A DNA stretch of 64,000 nt from positions 1,248,001-1,312,000 of the forward strand of contig CAWCMR010000025.1 of assembly GCA_963796685.1 (NCBI GenBank), in the 5' to 3' direction. How positions within the stretch are numbered: position 1 is the first letter of the stretch; every line of letters starts with the position of its first letter. This document shows, one piece after another, positions 9,768 to 19,328 of this stretch. The stretch is from an uncultured delta proteobacterium. Its GTDB lineage: Bacteria; Myxococcota_A; Polyangia; Fen-1088. Under the pieces are notes generated by a model. The model ran no database searches and was not told where the DNA came from. It was given only the letters and a program-made list of their open reading frames with translations. A program made the translations under genes and the position numbers.

Positions 9768-11058
9768 GGCCATGCACCAGAATTAACTCGTCAACTTCGC
9801 CAAAGTGTGACTATATTGCCGGGTGCTTCGCAACGAGGGACTGGAGGCCGCAGTCGTAAGCAAGTATTCGGCAATCGCGGCTGTGCTTGACGAGCGAGCG
9901 CGTCGGCTTTGGGCAGCCGCCGAGTCGCGTGCGATCGGATATGGTGGGGATGCACTTGTGTCCGCGGCGACTGGCCTGGCACGAGACACGGTTCGTCGCG
10001 GTCGATTGGAGATCGAGGAGGGAGTCTCCGCTACAGGCCGAGTTCGTCGCGTTGGAGCCGGGCGGCCAAGCTTCAAGAAGACGCAACAAGGTCTGGAAGT
10101 GGCGCTGGAGAGACTGGTGGACCCGCTCACACGCGGCGATCCCATGTCGCCACTGCGATGGACGTGCAAGAGCCGAGCGAAGCTGGCTGCGGCGCTCTCG
10201 GCGGATGGCTGGACGGTGAGTTCTACGACCGTGGGACGGCTTCTGCACGGCCTTGGCTATCGCCTGCAGGCCGTGCAGAAGAGCCGTGAAGGAACCTCGC
10301 ATCCGGACCGCAACGAGCAGTTTGAGTACATCAACGCGACCGCAGAGAGGTATCTGCGACGCAAACAGCCTGTCGTATCGGTCGACACCAAGAAGAAGGA
10401 ACTCGTCGGTGATTTCAAGAATGGCGGACGGGAATGGCAACCGAAGGGCACGCCGGACAAGGTGCTGGTACACGATTTCCCTGGCGACTCGGTGGGCAAG
10501 GCCATTCCGTATGGCGTCTACGACATGGCTCGCAACGAGGCGTGGGTCAGTGTCGGCCGAGATCACGACACACCCAAGTTCGCGGTCGCTTCGATTCGGC
10601 AGTGGTGGAAAACGATGGGTCAGCAGGCGTACCCCGAGGCCAAGAACCTGTTCATCACTGCCGACGCAGGAGGAAGCAACGGGTATCGGGCACGCGCCTG
10701 GAAGGTCGAATTGCAGAAGTTCGCAGACGACAGCGGATTGCGGATCCGAGTCAGCCACTTTCCCCCTGGTACGAGCAAGTGGAACAAGATCGAGCATCGG
10801 CTCTTCTGCCACATCACGCAGAACTGGCGTGGCAAGCCATTGCGCACCTTCGAAACGATCGTGGATTTGATCGGCAATACGCGAACGGAAGCAGGCTTGC
10901 GGGTCAAGGCCAAGCTCGACCTGCGCAAGTACAGTACTGGCGTGGAAGTTTCAGAGACTGAGATGCACAGGCTCTCATTGCGACCGCACACGTTCCATGG
11001 CGAGTGGAACTACGAGCTGCAACCCCGCGAGTTGACTAGGTAATTAGGATCAAAGGCC
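9768..11058 (+). mobile_element. ISAzo13-family insertion sequence, copy 1
   Basis: Imperfect terminal IRs GGCCATGCACCAGAATTAACTCGTCAAC / GTTGACTAGGTAATTAGGATCAAAGGCC enclosing the transposase; TA on both flanks. Confidence 0.8.
9823..11043 (+). CDS. ISAzo13-family DDE transposase (intact)
   Basis: TRGDPMSPLRWT, SVDTKKKELVG, KAIPYGVYD, ITADAGGSNG, PPGTSKWNKIEHRLF, FHGEWNY. Confidence 0.93.
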   Translation: MLRNEGLEAAVVSKYSAIAAVLDERARRLWAAAESRAIGYGGDALVSAATGLARDTVRRGRLEIEEGVSATGRVRRVGAGRPSFKKTQQGLEVALERLVDPLTRGDPMSPLRWTCKSRAKLAAALSADGWTVSSTTVGRLLHGLGYRLQAVQKSREGTSHPDRNEQFEYINATAERYLRRKQPVVSVDTKKKELVGDFKNGGREWQPKGTPDKVLVHDFPGDSVGKAIPYGVYDMARNEAWVSVGRDHDTPKFAVASIRQWWKTMGQQAYPEAKNLFITADAGGSNGYRARAWKVELQKFADDSGLRIRVSHFPPGTSKWNKIEHRLFCHITQNWRGKPLRTFETIVDLIGNTRTEAGLRVKAKLDLRKYSTGVEVSETEMHRLSLRPHTFHGEWNYELQPRELTR

Positions 11059-11061
11059 TAA

Positions 11062-12378
11062 GGACCCGCTCAGGAACAACTTGATTAGGGCATGACGATT
11101 GGGGATCGACAGAAGGTCGAGAACGTGACTTATGGTGGGGATGGCAGACGAGGCAGAGATTCGGAGAAAGTACGAGGCGCTTGAGTGCGTAATGGACGAG
11201 CGCCTGCGCCGGTTGTGGGCAGGCGTGGAGGCCGAATGCAGCGCTGGGGGCATTGCCGCCGTGGAACGCGCGACTGGGCTGTCACGCACCACGATTCGGG
11301 TGGGACGAGATGAGCTGCGCAACGGCATCGAGCCTGCTGACGTGGTCAATGTGCGCCGCCCCGGTGGCGGGCGCATCTCGCTTGAGGAACAGCATCCGGA
11401 ATTGCTGACGACGCTGGAGAGTCTCGTGGATCCAGTCACGCGTGGCGACCCGGAGTCGCCCTTGCGCTGGACGTCGAAGAGCACACGCAAGCTGGCGGAA
11501 GAATTGGCGGCGCGGGGCTATCAACTCAGTCCGCAGAAGGTCGGGCAGTTGCTCAATGCCAGCGGCTACAGCCTGCAAGCGAACCACAAGACCACCGAAG
11601 GCTCCGCGCACGTCGATCGCGATGCACAGTTCGAGTTCATCAACGACCGCGTCGATGCGATGCAAGGACGTGGCGCACCGGTCATCTCGGTAGACACCAA
11701 GAAGAAGGAACTCGTGGGGGACTTCAAAAACGGAGGGCGCGAGTGACAACCGCAGGGCGCGCCAGTCCCCGTGCGCGTGCATGACTTCATCGACAAGGAC
11801 CTGGGCAAGGCGATTCCGTATGGCGTCTACGACATCGGCTTGAACACCGCCTGGGTCAGCGTAGGCGTAGACCACGACACCGCGGAGTTTGCAGTGGAAT
11901 CCATCGGCCAGTGGTGGCGCAACATGGGAAAGAAGGCCTATCCCGAAGCAACGGAGTTGCTTATCACCGCGGACGGTGGCGGGAGCAATGGCTACCGTTC
12001 GCGCCTATGGAAGCTCGAACTGCAGCGGCTCGCGGACCGAACCGGGCTCACCATCGGTGTCTCGCATTTTCCTCCAGGCACCTCGAAATGGAACAAGATC
12101 GAACACCGCCTGTTTTGCCACATCACGGAGAACTGGCGCGGACGCCCTCTCGTTGATCACGAGACCATCGTGCAACTCATTGGCAGCGTCCGCACATCGA
12201 CTGGACTCTCGGTCAAATCGAAGCTCGACGTCCGAACCTACCAAACCGGCATTACCGTTTCCGACGCACAGATGGACCAACTCAATATCGTCGCCGCCAC
12301 GTTTCACGGCGAGTGGAACTACACAATCAAGCCCACTCGCCCACAATGCCGGTGATCAAGTTGTTCCTGATCGAGTCC
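11062..12378 (+). mobile_element. ISAzo13-family insertion sequence, copy 2 (divergent from copy 1)
   Basis: 24-bp IRs GGACCCGCTCAGGAACAACTTGAT / ATCAAGTTGTTCCTGATCGAGTCC (22/24 match); TAA direct repeat at 11059-11061 and 12379-12381. Confidence 0.9.
11132..12355 (+). pseudogene. ISAzo13 transposase with in-frame nonsense codon
   Basis: GGRE*QPQG (TGA at 11744-11746) where copy 1 has GGREWQPKG. Same frame continues to 12355. Confidence 0.88.
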
Positions 12379-14061
12379 TAACCAGGAGCCTAGACCGGAC
12401 ACGGCCTCCATAATCAGCGCGGCTACGCGCGTGGTATCGTTGGCCGACTTGCCGTAGGGGTCCTCGATATCAAGTTGAGGAACCAACTGGAATATCCCGA
12501 GTGGAAGACAACGTTCCATTGCATCCGGGAAGCATCGCTCCATGGCCGCGAGGTTCTCGCTGTCCATGACGAGAATGAGCTGGGCCTCGCTCACCATTTT
12601 GGTATCAATCAGTTTGGACGAATGCGAAGTCAAGTCTACCCCCAGCTGTCGAGCAGCCTCAAGCACGTTTGTGGGCGACTTGCGGCCGGTTTTCCGGTGA
12701 AAACCAGCCGACGTGACCGTCATGTCCGGCATCAGCTTTCTGACGATCTGTTCGGCCAAAGGACTGCGACAAATGTTTCCATAGCAAACGAGAAGGATCT
12801 TCCTTATCTGACCTTTCTCTCGGGACAGTTGCTTGAGCTTTGATTGTGCCCGGTTGAGCAACCAGCGATCTTTGGCCTTGCGGCGAGCGAACCGAAACAT
12901 CCGCTCGCCCCACCGTCGGCCAATGTTTTTGGTGATCGCCCAGGTAACGCCGAGATCGCCCAAGTCAAAATGATCCCAGCTTTCCTTGCCGTATACAGGG
13001 CGCAACAGCTCAAGCAGCGTCCCGGTTCGCGACCGTGTGAAAAGTAACGGGTCGGAGCGGTTGGCCCTCAGGTTTTCCTTCTGCCACTCCAGGTCCGTCA
13101 GGAGATCCCGGGTGTAATAGCCCGTCTGGTACTTGGCCTGCTGAGAAGGTGGCTGACCTGTGGCGACTTGGAGAAGCCCAAGCGGAAAGTCGACACCGGC
13201 GTCGATGGATAACGCGAGCGATCCCCACAGGCGGGGATTGATCTCCATGAGACAAGGCGTATTCTGACCATCCCACTTGAATTCTACCATCGCGACGCCG
13301 TGCCATCGCAGCGCAGACATCAACTTGAGCGCAGGCTGCAACAGGGCATCGAAGGGTGGCACCGACCGACGGTAGGAGCTGCCACCGCCCGTCAGCGGAT
13401 ACTCGTGAACCCGCTCGTGCACAAACTTCCAGAGCGGATTTCCTTTCGAGTACAGCACATCGACCCCGAATCCGATGCCGCCCACGTACTCCTGCTGCTG
13501 TATCGCCGTGTATGGAAGCAGCCGTCCCAGATACTTGCTCCTTTCTTGAGCCGAACTGGCGATGCAGGGAGCCTCGGTCACCATGTCGCCGTCGATGTCG
13601 AACTTGCTCCGCACCGGTTTGAGCACGATGGGATAGACGTGCCAATCTCGGATTTCGCCGTGTTGTGGGATCAGCGAAGTGGCAGGGGTCACGATACCAA
13701 GACCAGTGGCGAATTTTTGCGTTGCCTCCTTGTCAAGCGCCACATCGAGCGATTGATTGGCAGCGATAACTGCGCGTATCCGACGAGGATCTGATTCGTC
13801 GAGTTGACGCATGGCGTCCAGAGAGAGCTCGGTCGAGGGCACGATGAGGTCATACGCGTCAGGCTCAAGAGCAGAGAGCCACGCGACCAATTGGCCGGGA
13901 CTTGTCGGCTGTGTCAGTCTGTGCTGTGCGTAGCGCGAACGAAACGCAAGACAGTCTGGCCGGGAACTGGCGATGTCGGCTTTCACGCCATGCCTCCCGA
14001 GCGACTGCAGGGTCTCCAGGCCCGCGCGGCTGTGGGCATCTAGGATGAGCGCTGTGGGCAT
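12319..14061 (-). CDS. ATP-grasp (carboxylate-amine ligase) fused to low-molecular-weight protein-tyrosine phosphatase
   Basis: PIVLKP, QQEYVGG, MVEFK, MEINPRLWGS; then VCYGNICRSP P-loop and IEDPYG. The last ~19 codons lie inside the IS. Confidence 0.88.
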   Translation of the reverse strand: MPTALILDAHSRAGLETLQSLGRHGVKADIASSRPDCLAFRSRYAQHRLTQPTSPGQLVAWLSALEPDAYDLIVPSTELSLDAMRQLDESDPRRIRAVIAANQSLDVALDKEATQKFATGLGIVTPATSLIPQHGEIRDWHVYPIVLKPVRSKFDIDGDMVTEAPCIASSAQERSKYLGRLLPYTAIQQQEYVGGIGFGVDVLYSKGNPLWKFVHERVHEYPLTGGGSSYRRSVPPFDALLQPALKLMSALRWHGVAMVEFKWDGQNTPCLMEINPRLWGSLALSIDAGVDFPLGLLQVATGQPPSQQAKYQTGYYTRDLLTDLEWQKENLRANRSDPLLFTRSRTGTLLELLRPVYGKESWDHFDLGDLGVTWAITKNIGRRWGERMFRFARRKAKDRWLLNRAQSKLKQLSREKGQIRKILLVCYGNICRSPLAEQIVRKLMPDMTVTSAGFHRKTGRKSPTNVLEAARQLGVDLTSHSSKLIDTKMVSEAQLILVMDSENLAAMERCFPDAMERCLPLGIFQLVPQLDIEDPYGKSANDTTRVAALIMEAVSGLGSWLGLDQEQLDHRHCGRVGLIV

Positions 14062-14096
14062 GGCTAGGATCGTGGCTACGTTGACCGCGTTTGCGA

Positions 14097-14942
14097 CTAC
14101 TTCAAGTCTCCACGAAAATGCGTGAGTTGCTCGGCTGCCCAGCTTTCAATCGCGTTGAGCAGGCGCTGGCGGTGAGACTCCACGGGATACAGGTGCTGAG
14201 CGTCGGGCCAGTAGTATTCCCGACAAATCTTTTCTAACCCGGGGATCCCCAAGGATTTTGCAAATTGGCCCTCAAGGTTGTAGCAGTCGTAAACATCGCC
14301 TGTGAAGACCATGAGGAGCCGACCATCGGTTTCGACAAGGCTCATGACGCATCGCTTTAGGTCATCAGGACGAGGAAGATCGCGCAAGCCAAGATCGGGG
14401 CTGGTTCCGGCCGGGGTTGCTGCGCCAAGGCCGAGGCGCCGAATCAACCTCCCGGCCACGCGGGCCCACCGGCGCCGGTCCCACACTCTCGACTTCAGGT
14501 AGCGGTATAGGAAGCCGCGGTCGCGCGGCGAGCGGACATCAAACAGCATCAGGCCACGAATACGCAAGTCAGACGCCGACAACTTGATGCCGTTGTCCGC
14601 ACCCGAACAAAGACCCATGATCACCAACGGCCGCGGACCAAACTGACGCTCCAGAGCTTCACAAAGGTATTTCCAGTCGAGCGCCACGGACTCGCGATTG
14701 CTCAGGCCCTCCCGCGGTGGTGTGTCGCCCTTGCCCGAGAGATCCATGCGAACGCACAGGTACCCTAATGCCGCCAATCTGCGCGCGGCTAGTACGTTGA
14801 GCCGGTAGGGCTCGGCTCGATGGAGCACGCCCGGATTCAGCATGACCACGATGGGGGCAGTCTCGGGCTTCTCGGGCAGGGTGACCATCGCAAATCCGCG
14901 GCCACCCTCTCCGTATCGGAGAGGCTTCTCTTGGATAGTCAT
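14097..14942 (-). CDS. Alpha/beta-fold hydrolase/acyltransferase (EPS-associated hydrolase-1-like)
   Basis: RMDLSGKGDT, GLCSGA elbow, late DAQH. Confidence 0.8.
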   Translation of the reverse strand: MTIQEKPLRYGEGGRGFAMVTLPEKPETAPIVVMLNPGVLHRAEPYRLNVLAARRLAALGYLCVRMDLSGKGDTPPREGLSNRESVALDWKYLCEALERQFGPRPLVIMGLCSGADNGIKLSASDLRIRGLMLFDVRSPRDRGFLYRYLKSRVWDRRRWARVAGRLIRRLGLGAATPAGTSPDLGLRDLPRPDDLKRCVMSLVETDGRLLMVFTGDVYDCYNLEGQFAKSLGIPGLEKICREYYWPDAQHLYPVESHRQRLLNAIESWAAEQLTHFRGDLK

Positions 14943-15667
14943 TTGAGCCTCCGCGCAATGGCCTCAAGGACAGCCTTGGGCGCGAGGTGCCCGGTGTGGA
15001 GCGGCGGCCACGTGTAAGGGTAGCCAGAATACTCAGCGCCATCGACTGCTTGTGCTTCTTGAGAAACGATCTGATGGACCCGTGTGCTCTTTCTGAGCGC
15101 TGTGAGGTCCACGCGCAGGTCGCCGATGCCTCCACGCAAATCGGGTGTTAGGTGAAACATCTCGAATGAGGCTGTTTCGGGTACGATGTTAGCGTTGCGG
15201 GCAGTTTCCAGGTGCGTCCGTGTCAAATGCGCATCGGACTGTGCAAGGAAGTTGACATATTCGGCCCCGCTCGTGGCGACGTCCCAGAAGACATACTCGG
15301 CGATGGCCGGATGGCGCACCTGAGCGGCTAGAGTGGCGCCGAACCGTACGCCGCAGAGGTAGACCTGGCTGGCTCCGGATAGTGCTATTCCCTCCTCGAT
15401 GGCGTCGCGCACATCCTCCAGCCAGGTCTGCACGGTGGCTTCTTCCAGAAGCCCCCAAGACTCTCCGGTTCCGAAGTAGTCAAAGCGAAAAACGTGAGTT
15501 CCCGCTGCTGCGCAGCCCCTAGCCAGGTCGCCCAGCGCCTTGTAGCAGCGTCGGTACTCGTCGAACAAGGGTGAGCAGATAACGAGAAGGCGATCGGAGG
15601 CAATATCGTGAGCGGGGTGGTAGCACCCGAACAATCGGCCCTTGCTAAAAAACGCGGCTTCCAGCAT
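14939..15667 (-). CDS. Alpha/beta-fold protein (EPS-associated hydrolase-2-like)
   Basis: RFDYFGTGES, GVRFGA elbow (Arg at nucleophile position); coupled to the next gene by ATGA overlap. Confidence 0.78.
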   Translation of the reverse strand: MLEAAFFSKGRLFGCYHPAHDIASDRLLVICSPLFDEYRRCYKALGDLARGCAAAGTHVFRFDYFGTGESWGLLEEATVQTWLEDVRDAIEEGIALSGASQVYLCGVRFGATLAAQVRHPAIAEYVFWDVATSGAEYVNFLAQSDAHLTRTHLETARNANIVPETASFEMFHLTPDLRGGIGDLRVDLTALRKSTRVHQIVSQEAQAVDGAEYSGYPYTWPPLHTGHLAPKAVLEAIARRLK

Positions 15668-15677
15668 GGATAGCCTT

Positions 15678-16151
15678 CTATCCGAAAAGCCCGCGCCACA
15701 AGGGCTTTCTCTCGGTATCAGGCGGGCTCGGTTGAGCGAAAGTGTCCGCCGGAATCGGTGCCTCTTCGGGAGTCCCGCGAAGATAGGGTTGAAGCAGCTT
15801 CCCGATGTTTCTCCACAGCTCGCTCAACGCCTGGGTTTGTTGCTCGAAGGTCAGCGAGGTCCAATCTTCGACCTGAAGCCGAGGACGCAAGAGCGACTGC
15901 AGGCAGACCTCTCGGCGGTTGCGGACAAAGCTTGAGCGCAGCATCTCGTGACACTCGACCAGGGCATCCAAGTATCGGCTCAGAAAGGGCGCATCCAAGG
16001 GTTCCTCGATCCGAACGGAGATTGCCTCATTGAACGCCGTGTTGGCCTCGTCACCGAACCACTCTGACGCAAGGATCTCGCGCTGAGGTGCGGTGGTGGG
16101 ACACAGACGGAGAATCTCGCCCGCCGCGAAGGGATTGAATTCTTCACTCAT
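15678..16151 (-). pseudogene. Internally deleted paralogue of the 1569..6041 NRPS
   Basis: First ~115 aa are colinear with the NRPS N-terminus, joined in frame to a match of its last ~40 aa (PYL.G.PE...RKPLWRGLFG). Confidence 0.88.
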
Positions 16152-16289
16152 GGCCTACCCATTTGCAGGTATCTGCGTTGGCTGTTGTGATTGTCCCGGT
16201 CGGCATGATGAGAACCACCTTGCTGTAGTCCTTTGTGAGAATGACCCGTTCGGTCAATGGCACCCGCCTGCCGGACTGTGAACCGCAAC

Positions 16290-17615
16290 CTACGCCTTGA
16301 CTAGACGCCTCAGGCTGCCGCCCTGACCTTTCATCAGGGGTGCGATCATGTTGCGCGAATCGACGACCAGCTTCACACCTCGATACAGCGCGGGATCCTT
16401 GAACTCGTCATGGGCGGTCGCCACGACCACGGCATCGAACTCGGCGAAAGCCTCAGCCGTGCATGGAATCGACCGCAGCGCGAAGTCGTACTTGCGCATG
16501 TGAGGCATCTCGGGAAAGTACGGATCGCAGTACTGCACGAGCGCACCCGCTTCCGTTAGCTGTTCCATCAGCTCGAACGAGGGCGATTCGCGAGGGTCAT
16601 CGATGTTTGCCTTGTAAGAAAGACCGAGCAGCAGCACGCGAGAGCCCTTGAGTGCCTTGCCGTCCTCGTTCAGCGCGGCTGCGACCCGCGAGACCACGAA
16701 GCGCGGCATCTGCGTGTTGATCTCGCCCGCAAGCTCGATGAACCGCGTCCATATTCCGTGCTCCGCCGCTTTCCAAGACAGATAGAAGGGGTCGAGCGGG
16801 ATGCAGTGTCCACCCAATCCTGGGCCGGGATAGAACGGCATGTAGCCGAAGGGCTTCGTGCTCGCCGCTGCGATCACCTCCCAAACGTCGATGCCCATGG
16901 TCAAGAACGTCATCTTGAGCTCGTTCACCAGTGCGATGTTGACCGAGCGGAAAATATTCTCGAGCAGCTTGGTCGATTCCGCGACCCGCGAGTGGGAAAC
17001 CTGCACGACGCGGTCTAGGCCCGCACGGTACAGGGCGACCGCCACCTCGGTCGATTCGGCATTGATGCCACCCACGACTTTGGGAATGGTTCGCGTCGAG
17101 AAGTTTTGGTTCCCGGGATCCTCCCGCTCGGGCGAGAAGGCAAGGAAGAAGTCTGCTGGCGACTTGAGACCACTCTCTTCGAGGATGGGCAACACTTCCT
17201 CGTCCGTCGTGCCTGGATAGGTCGTGGACTCTAGCACCACCAGCTGTCCGCGCCGCAGGCGTCGCGCGATGTCCCGCGCGGTGGCGTGAATGTATGAGTT
17301 GTCCGGCTCGCGATGCTTTCCCAGCGGCGTCGGGACGCAGATCAGAATGGCATCACACTCGCTCAACCGACCGAAGTCCGAGGTCGCAGAAAAGCCCCCG
17401 CTGCGGACAGCAGCCGCGACTCTTTGGGGACCGACATGCTTGATGTAGGACTCACCTTTGCCCAAGGCCTCGATCTTCTTGCTGTCGACATCGAACCCGA
17501 TGACCTTGAACCCAGCCTCCCAGAACACAAGCGCGAGGGGCAGCCCCACATAGCCTTGACCAATGACACCAACTACAGCCGACTTCGCAACGATCTTATC
17601 CATCAAGGGAATCAT
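16290..17615 (-). CDS. Nucleotide-sugar dehydrogenase (UDP-GlcNAc/ManNAc 6-dehydrogenase family)
   Basis: GQGYVG, CVPTP, ESTTYPG, SPEREDPG, KLLENIFR, GGHCIPLDP, DPRESP. Confidence 0.92.
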   Translation of the reverse strand: MIPLMDKIVAKSAVVGVIGQGYVGLPLALVFWEAGFKVIGFDVDSKKIEALGKGESYIKHVGPQRVAAAVRSGGFSATSDFGRLSECDAILICVPTPLGKHREPDNSYIHATARDIARRLRRGQLVVLESTTYPGTTDEEVLPILEESGLKSPADFFLAFSPEREDPGNQNFSTRTIPKVVGGINAESTEVAVALYRAGLDRVVQVSHSRVAESTKLLENIFRSVNIALVNELKMTFLTMGIDVWEVIAAASTKPFGYMPFYPGPGLGGHCIPLDPFYLSWKAAEHGIWTRFIELAGEINTQMPRFVVSRVAAALNEDGKALKGSRVLLLGLSYKANIDDPRESPSFELMEQLTEAGALVQYCDPYFPEMPHMRKYDFALRSIPCTAEAFAEFDAVVVATAHDEFKDPALYRGVKLVVDSRNMIAPLMKGQGGSLRRLVKA

Positions 17616-17680
17616 GTCTTCTCCAACCTATAGGAAATGCCAACGTACACAGACGTACGGGACATCAAGATATCATGGGG

Positions 17681-18688
17681 TCATACCTTGAAGTAGTCTC
17701 GGTACCAAGAAATGAACCGGCCTATGCCATCGATGATCGAGGTCGAGGGGCGGTAGCCGAACTGCTCGACGAGGTCGTCGACATTGGCAAAGGTATCGGG
17801 AACATCTCCCGCCTGCAGGGGAAGCAATTCCATCTTCGCCTTTTTGCCCAGGGCGTTCTCGATCGCAGCGATGTAGTCGGTAAGCTGGACCGGGTTGTTG
17901 TTGCCGATGTTGTAGACCCGCCAGGGTGCCCGACTGGTCCCGGGGTCGGGCGAGTCACCGTTCCATTGCGGGTTGGGCGGCGCGGGTCGGTCGAGAACGC
18001 GAACGATCCCCTCGACGATGTCGTCGATATAGGTGAAGTCACGTCGATGCTTGCCAAAATTGAAGACCTGAATAGGCTCGTCCGCGAGAATGGCCTTGGT
18101 GAACTTGAAGAGTGCCATGTCGGGGCGCCCCCAAGGGCCGTACACGGTGAAAAAGCGCAATCCGGTGGTGGGCAGGCCATAGAGGTGACTGTACGTATGG
18201 GCCATCAGCTCGTTGGCCTTTTTGCTCGCTGCGTAGAGGCTGAGCGGATGGTCAACATTCTGGTGGATCGAGAAGGGCATCGCGGTGTTTGCCCCGTAGA
18301 CACTCGAGCTGCTGGCGTACACGAGGTGCTCGACACCGTGGTGTCTGCAGCCCTCGAGAATATGCGTGAAACCGACGATGTTGCTATTGATGTAGGCCAG
18401 CGGGTTGTCGATGGAGTATCTCACCCCAGCCTGAGCAGCGAGATTGACCACCCGCTGCGGTTTGACCTTGGCGAAGGCCTCCATGATGGCAGTTTTGTCC
18501 GCTAGGTCGAGCCGCAGGTGCGCGTAATTCGGATGCGCTAGGAATCTGGCAACGCGCGCTTCCTTGATCGCCGGGTCATAGTAGTTGTTATGGTTGTCAA
18601 TGCCGACGACCCTGTCCCCGCGCGCAAGGAGACGCATTGCGAGCGCCGAACCAATAAAACCTGCTGTTCCTGTGACACAAACTATCAT
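17681..18688 (-). CDS. NAD-dependent epimerase, UDP-glucuronate 4-epimerase type
   Basis: [47 protein letters not shown]. Confidence 0.93.
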   Translation of the reverse strand: MIVCVTGTAGFIGSALAMRLLARGDRVVGIDNHNNYYDPAIKEARVARFLAHPNYAHLRLDLADKTAIMEAFAKVKPQRVVNLAAQAGVRYSIDNPLAYINSNIVGFTHILEGCRHHGVEHLVYASSSSVYGANTAMPFSIHQNVDHPLSLYAASKKANELMAHTYSHLYGLPTTGLRFFTVYGPWGRPDMALFKFTKAILADEPIQVFNFGKHRRDFTYIDDIVEGIVRVLDRPAPPNPQWNGDSPDPGTSRAPWRVYNIGNNNPVQLTDYIAAIENALGKKAKMELLPLQAGDVPDTFANVDDLVEQFGYRPSTSIIDGIGRFISWYRDYFKV

Positions 18689-18907
18689 GCGTTTTCCTGC
18701 TGGGGAATTTGGCCCGTAAGATATCCGCTTCTTGACTCACTGTCAGTAGATTCCGCGCGGTGAATGCGGCCACGACAAAACCCGCAGGGAGGTCTGTTTC
18801 GTCCGGCAGTGCAAGAAGCCGTGGTTCTAGGCCTCATGCCGCGCTAGTCTCGCTGCTCTTGTTTACTTGAATACACGCAACCCACACGGCCCTGGTACCG
18901 ATAACCT

Positions 18908-19230
18908 CTAAGGAAGCCAGGAAAGCAGGAAGAAGGAGGACAAGCTGTGAGTCCAGTACTCCCGACAGGACAAGCAGATGGGACTCGAGCATGGGGAACT
19001 AACCGGCAGTGTCATCAGCGCTGCGATCGAGGTCCACAAGGCACTTGGCCCGGGATTCCTGGAGTCGGTCTACGAGAACGCCCTCGCCTTCGAGCTTGCG
19101 GCGCGTGGTATTCCGCTTCGGTCGGCAGCTAGCCGTGCCGATCTTGTATCGCGGCAGTGAGATTGGGCTTCATCGGCTGGACCTGCTCGTGGCCAGGTCG
19201 TACCCATTCCTGCCTTCCTGCCTTCCTTAG
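18908..19230. repeat. 24-bp imperfect inverted repeats flanking the GxxExxY remnant
   Basis: CTAAGGAAGCCAGGAAAGCAGGAA (18908-18931) versus the reverse complement of 19207-19230, CTAAGGAAGGCAGGAAGGCAGGAA (22/24). Confidence 0.8.
18978..19230 (+). pseudogene. GxxExxY-family protein, frameshifted and 3'-truncated
   Basis: [22 protein letters not shown]; after a shift near 19115 reads [23 protein letters not shown], then runs into the IR. Confidence 0.82.
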
Positions 19231-19328
19231 CGATCCCTTCTCCCGGCTTGACATTGCTAGCCGGTCGCCTGGAATATCCTCGCTCCGAGCGATCGATTGA
19301 GAACTTGGTTTGGACGGAGGAGCTGACC

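Noticed and set aside
11744-11746. In-frame TGA at a conserved Trp, suggesting recoding or selenocysteine
   Set aside because: Many genes here terminate at TGA and use TGG for Trp; a simple nonsense mutation or sequencing error is enough.
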